The notes below the pieces were generated by a model. The model saw only the letters and a list, made by a program, of their open reading frames with translations. It was not told the DNA's origin and did not search any database. This document shows positions 56,764 to 64,000 of a stretch of DNA of 64,000 bases, piece after piece. Numbering within the stretch: position 1 is the stretch's first letter; every line of letters begins with the position of its first letter. The stretch is from Pontiella sp. (GTDB lineage Bacteria; Verrucomicrobiota; Kiritimatiellia; Kiritimatiellales; Pontiellaceae): the NCBI GenBank assembly GCA_050290185.1, contig JBNKHE010000008.1, positions 64,001 to 128,000 on the forward strand, given 5' to 3'. The position numbers and the translations under genes were made by a program.

Positions 56764-59019
56764 TTAGTCCTTGTCTGAGATGCCGATCACCTGCCGGAAT
56801 TCGATGGCTTCGGAGGCGAGCACCAGCGCCAGCTGTGGCATATCCTTGGTGCTTGCCATCAGGGTGCCGTAGTAGCGGCCATAGGCTTCGACCGTTTCTG
56901 TTGCGGCGGGCGGACGCATGCCGATCAAGACCAGGCCGGCCTCGGCGGAAGACAGCCGGATCACGTCATAGATGCTCGGCTGGTTTTGGACCAGGATCTC
57001 GGTTTCGGCCGGGATTCGCTGCTCTTTAATAAAGGTCTCCATCCGTTTTGTTGCATCTTCCCGCCCTTCTTCGGTGTCAACGATGGTCTTAATGACCAGC
57101 TTGGACTGCTTCCATAACGGGCTTTTTTGGATCAGGTAGGCCAGCGTCATGATCAGGCCTATGTTGTCTTCGTTGCCCCCCCACCAGACATCGATCGTTT
57201 CGGCCTCCTCGGGAGGGGGCTCGTCGTCTTCCTTCGTTTTGGCTTTCTCCGCTGAGGTTTCGCTCTCGGGTTCCCTCAGCAGAACCAAATTGCGGTTGGT
57301 ACTGTAGATCAACTGGATCAGCTCGGCGAAATCGGCAAAGTCGGAGCGGTTTTCAGTGTCGCCCAGCAGGATGGTATTCGGGCTCAGCGGGCCATATCCA
57401 TAGGCCCGCACCAGCGCCTTTGCGCCGGTCAGCATATCGGGGCAGGGGAAGATTTTCACCAAGGCATCGACTTCGCGTTTATTCAGGTATTCACGGATCG
57501 TGTCTTCCGTTGACTGGACCTTTTCCGCCGACCAATCCTCCACCGGCAGGATGCTGGCAACGGTCAGCGCGCTGCCATGCCGCGCGAGGGAGAAGGCCAT
57601 TTCCACCAGATTCCAGCGCGACTTGGGCGATCTGCTCAGAACGAGAACATTGGGCCGCCAGGTGCGTTCGTCCGGCTTCAGTCGGCTCAGTCGTTGAATG
57701 GCGAACTGCGCCAGCAGGGTCAGGATTCCGTAGCGCATATCGCCCCAGTGCGCCTTCAGGTTCCGCCTTTTCACGAAATAGTAGACCGAGCTTGTCACGA
57801 TCACCGCAACGATGGTGGCCCCCGCGTTGACCATCATCATCACGCTGAAGCAACCGACGGCTCCAAGCAGCGAGAAGGCGTAGTGCGCCTTGAACTTGGG
57901 GCGCCAGGAAGGGCTTTGGATCAGGCCTTCCAATCCGGCGGAAAGATTTACCAACCCGTAGGAGGTGAGGAAGAACATCGAGAGGATCGGGGCAATCATG
58001 TTGAGGTCCCCCAGCAGTACCGCCGCCAGCGCGACGAAAAACGCGATGGCCGTGGCAATGCGCGGATCGGCCTTGTCCTTGCCGAAGCCGCGGCCGATGA
58101 AGCGGGGGATAATGCCGTCGTTCGCCAGTGCCTGCAGGGTGCGCGGCGCGCCGAGCAAGGCGCCGAGGGCGCTCGAAAGCGACGCGGCGAACACGCCCGC
58201 AACGATCAGGAACCCCCAGCGCGCCACCGATCGCAGGGCATTCGGATTAAACAGCATGCTGGAGTCGGCCACGCTATGGCTCAGAAAGATTGGCAGGGCC
58301 ATGTAGACGATGTATCCGGTGAGTACGGCACCCAGCGTACCCAACGGCAGTGCCCGGGCAGGGTTTTTCAAGTCGCCTGACATGGCCAGCCCGGCCTCGA
58401 TCCCGGTGACGGCCGGGAAGAATACGGCGAAAACGGCCCAGAAGCCGGTGCCTTTAGGGATGAATACGTCGCCAACTACTTCCGATACGGGGCTACCCAT
58501 GAAGTATGAACCCAGCGAAGCGATAATGGTGGCGAGGATGACAAACTGCACCTTCAAGGCCAGATCGGCGGAGATGTAGGCCAGAATCGTGAGCAGCACA
58601 AGCGTTGAAACCGCGATCACCTTGGCGGTCAGGAAGATCGGGAGGTAGGGGCCGAGGTTGCTTATCACCGCTTCCGTGAAACCGGCGATGTAGAAGGCGA
58701 TGCCGAACGACTGCGCGAAAAAGAGCGGCAGGCCGATGGCCGCGCCGGACTCGATGCCGAGGGATCGCGAAATGATGAAGTAGGCCCCGCCGCCGCCGAC
58801 CTTCATGTTCGTCGCCATCGCCGAGATCGACAGCCCGGTGAGGAAGGTGATCGAAGTGGCTATCGTGACAATCAGCAACGTGGCGGGCAGTCCGACACTA
58901 CCGAGCACCCAGCCGAAGCGCAGATACATGACCACGCCCAGGATGGTGAGGACGCTGGGGGTGTAGACCCCCTTGAACGTGCCGAACGAGTAGCCTTTCT
59001 TTTCCGTTTCTTCGGCCAT
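56764..59019 (-). CDS. SLC12-like cation-chloride cotransporter (paralogue 2)
   Basis: FGTFKGVYTP, GVVMYLRFGW, GGAYFIISRSLG, FFPAVTGIEAG, WRPN, cytoplasmic C-terminal domain; AAGGAG RBS. Confidence 0.9.
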   Translation of the reverse strand: MAEETEKKGYSFGTFKGVYTPSVLTILGVVMYLRFGWVLGSVGLPATLLIVTIATSITFLTGLSISAMATNMKVGGGGAYFIISRSLGIESGAAIGLPLFFAQSFGIAFYIAGFTEAVISNLGPYLPIFLTAKVIAVSTLVLLTILAYISADLALKVQFVILATIIASLGSYFMGSPVSEVVGDVFIPKGTGFWAVFAVFFPAVTGIEAGLAMSGDLKNPARALPLGTLGAVLTGYIVYMALPIFLSHSVADSSMLFNPNALRSVARWGFLIVAGVFAASLSSALGALLGAPRTLQALANDGIIPRFIGRGFGKDKADPRIATAIAFFVALAAVLLGDLNMIAPILSMFFLTSYGLVNLSAGLEGLIQSPSWRPKFKAHYAFSLLGAVGCFSVMMMVNAGATIVAVIVTSSVYYFVKRRNLKAHWGDMRYGILTLLAQFAIQRLSRLKPDERTWRPNVLVLSRSPKSRWNLVEMAFSLARHGSALTVASILPVEDWSAEKVQSTEDTIREYLNKREVDALVKIFPCPDMLTGAKALVRAYGYGPLSPNTILLGDTENRSDFADFAELIQLIYSTNRNLVLLREPESETSAEKAKTKEDDEPPPEEAETIDVWWGGNEDNIGLIMTLAYLIQKSPLWKQSKLVIKTIVDTEEGREDATKRMETFIKEQRIPAETEILVQNQPSIYDVIRLSSAEAGLVLIGMRPPAATETVEAYGRYYGTLMASTKDMPQLALVLASEAIEFRQVIGISDKD

Positions 59020-59141
59020 GAACGATTTCCTCTCCTTGGGAGATGACGGCTGGAGTCTCCCAGACCAGGAAACAAAAGGGAAGAAAACTTCCCGGCGCGG
59101 ATGAGGGAACACCGATCCGCAGTGCGCCGGGCGGGCAACGC

Positions 59142-61370
59142 TCAATTCATCCGGGCCATGCCCATAATCTGCTGGAATTCGATGGGTTCGGCCGCAAGGA
59201 CAAAGGCCAGCGGGGGCATGTCGTGAGTCGCCTGCATCAGGCTTTCGTAATAGTGGCTGTACGTCTCCATCGATTCGTCCCCGCCCGGGGGGCGCATGCC
59301 CATGAAAACCAGTCCGGCGTTGGCGGACGCGATGCGGATCATGTCATAGTAGCTGGGCTGATCCTTGATCAGCACTTCAGCGGTGGCGGGCAGGCGCTGG
59401 TCGTCGATGAAGTGCTCCAGCCGTTCGAGCGCGCCGGCGCGTTCGTCCTCGGTCTGGACAATGGTCTTGACGATGAGCTTGGACTGTTTCCAGATCGGAC
59501 TCTTCTGGATCTGGTAGGCGAGCGTGAGAATCAGGCCTATATTGTTGGTGTCGCCACCCCACCAGACGTGGATTTCATCTTCATCGCTCAGGGGTTCAGC
59601 ATCGGTGTCGCGGACCATGATCAGGTTTCGCTGTGTGCGGTAGACCAGCTTGATAAGCTCGGAAAATTCGGCGAAGTTTTCGCGGTTTTCCGTATCGCCG
59701 AGCATGATCGTGTTCGGCGTGAGCGGGCCGTAGCCGTAGGCGCGTACGAGGGCGGAAGCGCCGGAAAGCATATTGGGCGAGGGGAAGATCTTGACCATGG
59801 CATCGACTTCGCGCTTTTCGAGGTATTCGCGTAGCGAGTTTTCCATGCTTCGCACTTTTTCCGCCGACCAGTCTTCGACGGGGAGTACGCTGGCGACGGT
59901 GAGCGAGCTGCTGTGACGGGTGAGCGAAGAGGCCATTTCGACCAGATGCCAGCGTGATTTCGGCGATCCGCTCAGCGCCAGGATGTTGGGTCTCCATGTC
60001 CGTTCGTCGGGCTTAAGCTTGTTGAGGCGGTGGACGGCAAAACGGACGAGCAGGGTCAGGATGCCGTAGCGCATGTCGCTCCAATGGGCGTTCAGTCGTC
60101 GGCGCTTCACCAGATAGAAGACGATTGCGGTGATCAGTATCGCGATAATGGTTTGGCCCGCATCGATCATCAGCATGACGGCGAAGCATCCCGCCGAACC
60201 CAGCAGCGAGAAGCCATAATACACCTTGAACTTGGGACGCCACGACGGGCTTTCAATCAGTCCTTCGAGCCCGGCCGACAGGTTGAGCAGACCGTAGGAG
60301 AGCAGAAAGAACATGGAGAGGATCGGCGCGATGGCGTTAAGGTCACCCAGCAGCACGGCCGCCAGCGCCACGGCAAATGCAATGGCGGTGGCAATGCGCG
60401 GGTCGGCCTTGTCCTTGCCGAAGCCCTTGCCGATGAAAGGCGGGATGACACGGTCGTTGGCCAGTGCCTGCAGCATGCGCGGCGCCCCGAGCAAGGATCC
60501 GAGTGCACTGGAGAGCGAGGCGGCAAAGATGCCGGCGACAATCAGCCAGCCCCAGCGGGCAATGGATTGCATGATGTTGTAGTCGACCCGCAACAGATCA
60601 GGGTTCTTGACCTTGGCGGCGATGAACATGGGCAGCAGCATGTAGACGATGTAGCCGACGGCAATGGCGGCGAGCGTTCCGCGGGGTAGCGATTTGGCCG
60701 GATCCTTTAGGTCGCCCGACATGCCCAGTCCGGCTTCGATGCCGGTAACGGCGGGGAAGAAAACCGCGAAGACCACCCAGAACGACTTGGCTTCGGGGAT
60801 GAAGGTGCCTTCGGGGATTCTCAGGATTCCCGCATCGCTGACGCCTAGGAAGAAGGAGACGAGCGAAGCGATGATGGTGGCCATGATGAAGAACTGCACC
60901 TTGAGCGCGAGGTCGGCGGAAATGTAGGCCAGCGCCGTCAAGGCCACGAGGGTTCCGGCCGAGATCAGTTTGCCGGTCATTGCGTGGGTGGCGGGATCCA
61001 TGCCCATCAATGCCTGAACGGCTTCGGTGAAGCCGGCGATGTAGAAGGCGACCCCGAAGGAGCGTGCAAAGAAGAGCGGGATGCCAATAGCCACGCCGGC
61101 CTCGATCCCGAGGGAGCGGGAGATGATGTAGTAGGCACCACCGGTGCCCACTTTCATGTTGGTGGCCATCGCGGAGATGGACAGGCCGGTAAAGAAGGTG
61201 ATCGAGGTGGCAAGCGTTACAATGATCAGGGTCTGGGCGATGCCGACATTGCCGACGACCCAGCCGAAGCGCAGGTACATGATGACGCCGAAAATCGTAA
61301 GCACGCTGGGCGTGAATACGCCCTTGAAGGTGCCGAAAGCGTATCCCTTCTGTTTCTCGATTCCATTCAT
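59142..61370 (-). CDS. SLC12-like cation-chloride cotransporter (paralogue 1)
   Basis: Same motifs as the downstream paralogue; AGGAG RBS. Confidence 0.9.
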   Translation of the reverse strand: MNGIEKQKGYAFGTFKGVFTPSVLTIFGVIMYLRFGWVVGNVGIAQTLIIVTLATSITFFTGLSISAMATNMKVGTGGAYYIISRSLGIEAGVAIGIPLFFARSFGVAFYIAGFTEAVQALMGMDPATHAMTGKLISAGTLVALTALAYISADLALKVQFFIMATIIASLVSFFLGVSDAGILRIPEGTFIPEAKSFWVVFAVFFPAVTGIEAGLGMSGDLKDPAKSLPRGTLAAIAVGYIVYMLLPMFIAAKVKNPDLLRVDYNIMQSIARWGWLIVAGIFAASLSSALGSLLGAPRMLQALANDRVIPPFIGKGFGKDKADPRIATAIAFAVALAAVLLGDLNAIAPILSMFFLLSYGLLNLSAGLEGLIESPSWRPKFKVYYGFSLLGSAGCFAVMLMIDAGQTIIAILITAIVFYLVKRRRLNAHWSDMRYGILTLLVRFAVHRLNKLKPDERTWRPNILALSGSPKSRWHLVEMASSLTRHSSSLTVASVLPVEDWSAEKVRSMENSLREYLEKREVDAMVKIFPSPNMLSGASALVRAYGYGPLTPNTIMLGDTENRENFAEFSELIKLVYRTQRNLIMVRDTDAEPLSDEDEIHVWWGGDTNNIGLILTLAYQIQKSPIWKQSKLIVKTIVQTEDERAGALERLEHFIDDQRLPATAEVLIKDQPSYYDMIRIASANAGLVFMGMRPPGGDESMETYSHYYESLMQATHDMPPLAFVLAAEPIEFQQIMGMARMN

Positions 61371-61522
61371 TGGCGCTCTCCTGCAAGGTGGGTGGGCTTG
61401 AAAAATATTTAAGTATCGGTACGTTTATAACTGGCCATAATAGTGGTTTATGGCGACAATTTTTCCAGTCTAATCGCGTGGCAATATGGGTCGCGGTGCC
61501 GGATGGATGGGATATGACGGGC

Positions 61523-62055
61523 ATGAAGAAAATCAGGTTGGCCATCACGACAGGGTGTCTTGCGGTTTTTCCGTGGGCAGCGGGGGATGAGCTTCTCGTC
61601 GGTGCCGGCTAAGGGGAACAGGTCGGGTTTGGCGAGTACTCGCAGAACAATACGATCGTCGATGTGCTTTATGATTTCTACCGCATCGATCAGGGGGAGT
61701 TTCAGCTTTCCTTCGGCGTCGGCCTTTCCTGGCTCTTGAACGATTTCGATCGTAAAGAGGTTTTGCTGGGCTGCATCTACCCGTCGTTCCGATACTATTT
61801 GACGGGAAGTGAATTCTTCACGACCTACGTCTTCGCCACGACGGGATTTTCGTACATGACGGACCCGTCGTTCGGCCACCAGATTCTCGGCGCTATTTTT
61901 CCTTCAACGATTTTATCGGGGCAGGAACCTATGTGGGGCGCGAACGGGTCTGGAGTATAAATGTTTGCTGGCGTCATATCTCCAATGGCGGCATTTTCAA
62001 ACCCAACCGGGGCATCGATATCCCGCTGTGTGTGTTGATCGGATATCGGTTTTAA
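61523..62055 (+). pseudogene. Acyloxyacyl hydrolase / PagL-like lipid A deacylase, disrupted
   Basis: Signal peptide MKKIRL; in-frame TAA at 61610-61612; 1-nt deletion in the T-run at 61896-61900; the repaired end reads RHISNGGIFKPNRGID...IGYRF*. Confidence 0.75.
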
Positions 62056-62342
62056 AAGGCCGGCTTCACCGGGGCCCGCAAGTGCACGCGTGCCCGGTCA
62101 CCGGCTCCGATGGCGCGGGTAATGATCGACGCCGAGCCTGTGGAAAAGCCGATTGAGAGTGCCCCGACCATCATGACCACGGCAAAGGTAAAGCCCATGG
62201 CCGCCAGCTCTTCCGTGCCCAGCCGCGATACAAACCAGGTATCGGTCAGGTTAAACACCATGATGGCGAACATACCGCCGATGCTCGGCAGGGTCAGCCG
62301 GGCCAGGTGTGCGGGCACGCTTCCGCTGAGAAGCTTGCTCAC
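62052..62342 (-). pseudogene. Truncated MATE efflux transporter (N-terminal ~85 aa only)
   Basis: LARLTLP, NLTDTWFVSRLGTEELAA, IGAGD; GTGA-coupled to the RND gene; ends prematurely. Confidence 0.8.
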
Positions 62343-64000
62343 TGTGGCCGCTGATCCTTCCGTCCCTTGAAGATCCGTGAAACATCGTCAAGGATCATCG
62401 TCAGCGCCGGAATGAGCAGCAGGGTGATGCCGGTGGCGAACAGAATGCCGAACCCCAGCGAGATCGCCATGGGGATCAGGAACTTGGCCTGGCGCGAGGT
62501 TTCAAAAATCATCGGCGTAAGCCCAAAGAAGGTGGTGAGCGTAGTCAGGATGATCGGGCGGAAACGCTGCACGCCGGCCGCGACGACGGCATCGTGCATG
62601 TTGGCCCCTTCGCGCCGGCGGCGGTTGGCGAAGTCGATAAACACGAGCGAGTCGTTGACCACGACCCCGGTGAGCGCTACCAAGCCAAAGAGGCTGATCA
62701 GGCTGAGGCTGTAGCCCAGGACCAGGTGACCTATGACCGCTCCGACGATGCCGAAGGGAATGCTGACCATGATGATCAATGGTTGGCCATAGCTCTTGAA
62801 CGGGATGGCAAGGAGGACATAGATGAGCAACTGGGCAATCAGCAATCCGGCCAACAACCCGCCCACACTTTCCTTGCGATCCGCCTGCCGGCCTTCGAAG
62901 GAATAGGAGAGGCCGGGATATTTCTGCATGACCTCCGGCAGGATTTCGGTCTTCAACACCTCCAGCATCTGCGCCACCTGGTCGCGGGGTTTGACGTCGG
63001 AGGAGACGGTAATGACGCGTCGGCCGTTGCGGCGGGTAATGGAGGTGTAGGCCCGTCCGCGCTTGACCTCCACGACCTCGCGCAACGGCACTTCGGTTCC
63101 CGCCGGGGTGCGCACAATCATTTCCTCCAGACTGTGTTCGGTGTCGCGTTCCGATTCGGGTAGGCGGACCATCACCTTGATTTCGTTGCGCCCGCGTTGC
63201 TGGCGGATGGCCTCCGCGCCGTAGTAGGAGTTGCGCACCTGCCTCGCGATATCGCGGGAGGTCAGTCCAAGGCTGCGCCCGGCGGGCAGGATCGAAAAGT
63301 CGATCTGCGGCTTACCGGGGGTGAAGCCATCGTCGATATCCTTGACCATGGGAAAGTCCGCGAGCCGCGCCGCCACGTCTTTACTGGCCTGTTCGAGCAC
63401 TTCCATACTGCGGTGCGACAGTTCCACCGTGAGGGCATCAGAACCGCCACCGGGGCCGCCGCTGTCGTCGCGGAAGCGAATGTTTTTCAGCCCGCCGATT
63501 TCGCCGGCAGCCTTGCGCCATTGATCCACGAATTCCTTGGTGGAGACGGGTCGGGTATCGGGATCTTCCAACTGGAAGGTTACCCGTCCAACGTGGCTTC
63601 CGCCCGGGCCGCCGCGCCCGCCAATCCCAATTTCAGATAGCACACCGACTCCCAGTTTCTTGCCGGTTCTCTTTTCGATGTCGGCGATGAGCTGGTTGCC
63701 GGCTGCGAGCACGCGGTCGTGCACGGCCTTGGTTTTTTCAACCGGTGCGCCGTAGGGGAGGGTAAAGCTACACATGGCCAGGTCGGATTCAACGCTGGGA
63801 AACATGTCGAAGCCCAGCCGTCCGCTCTTCACGTAGCCGATGGTGATGATCAGGATCACCAAGCCGATCGAGAGCGTGACGTAGCGGAGGTGGAGGGCCC
63901 GGTCTAGGAACGGACCGTAGATGTCGCTTACAAAGTGCCGGAACTTGCGGCTGAAGCGTTGCTGGAAACGGTGAACGACGTTGGACTGGTCCAGATCCTT
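62339..64000 (-). CDS. AcrB/AcrD/AcrF family RND efflux permease, partial (5' end outside the window)
   Basis: Frame open to 64000; LAIPFKSY, IPFGIVG, GVVVNDS, RFRPIILTTLTT, PMAISLGFG. Confidence 0.93.
   Translation of the reverse strand, partial: KDLDQSNVVHRFQQRFSRKFRHFVSDIYGPFLDRALHLRYVTLSIGLVILIITIGYVKSGRLGFDMFPSVESDLAMCSFTLPYGAPVEKTKAVHDRVLAAGNQLIADIEKRTGKKLGVGVLSEIGIGGRGGPGGSHVGRVTFQLEDPDTRPVSTKEFVDQWRKAAGEIGGLKNIRFRDDSGGPGGGSDALTVELSHRSMEVLEQASKDVAARLADFPMVKDIDDGFTPGKPQIDFSILPAGRSLGLTSRDIARQVRNSYYGAEAIRQQRGRNEIKVMVRLPESERDTEHSLEEMIVRTPAGTEVPLREVVEVKRGRAYTSITRRNGRRVITVSSDVKPRDQVAQMLEVLKTEILPEVMQKYPGLSYSFEGRQADRKESVGGLLAGLLIAQLLIYVLLAIPFKSYGQPLIIMVSIPFGIVGAVIGHLVLGYSLSLISLFGLVALTGVVVNDSLVFIDFANRRRREGANMHDAVVAAGVQRFRPIILTTLTTFFGLTPMIFETSRQAKFLIPMAISLGFGILFATGITLLLIPALTMILDDVSRIFKGRKDQRPQ

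Overview
Chromosomal window from a moderately GC-rich diderm bacterium. The PEP-CTERM tail style, ectoine genes and overall content suggest a marine Kiritimatiellota/PVC-type organism such as Pontiella, which is inference only. From left to right it contains: a partial FabF-like ketosynthase divergent from a sigma54/IHF-driven FadL - REC/histidine kinase - PCMH-type flavoprotein operon; rdgC; a minus-strand biotin cluster (bioF-bioH-bioC-bioD-bioA plus a translationally coupled short TonB-dependent receptor) split by an ectABC + Na+/solute symporter block and a DPP-IV(VHL)/MscS/hybrid kinase block; bioB, GH88, two SDRs and a glutathione peroxidase; an unusual membrane-anchored protein with nine HxHxxY repeats between two CxxC/CxxC motifs; thyA-folA followed by a kinase/LytTR/PEP-CTERM module bounded by a decayed copy of the folA 3' end; a trypsin-like protease; a DRE-TIM aldolase-like ORF with an integrase arm-type-like N-terminal extension and a hairpin-masked ribosome binding site; azoR-trpF-gluQ-trpB; a Tad/Flp pilus cluster with an FHA-fused ATPase, followed by FHA and PEGA proteins and lacking a local secretin; yicC-gmk; two tandem SLC12-like cation-chloride cotransporters; a PagL-like pseudogene; a truncated MATE; and a partial RND permease. 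No rRNA, tRNA, CRISPR array or intact transposase/integrase was seen. All family calls come from motif recognition by eye, not from database searches.
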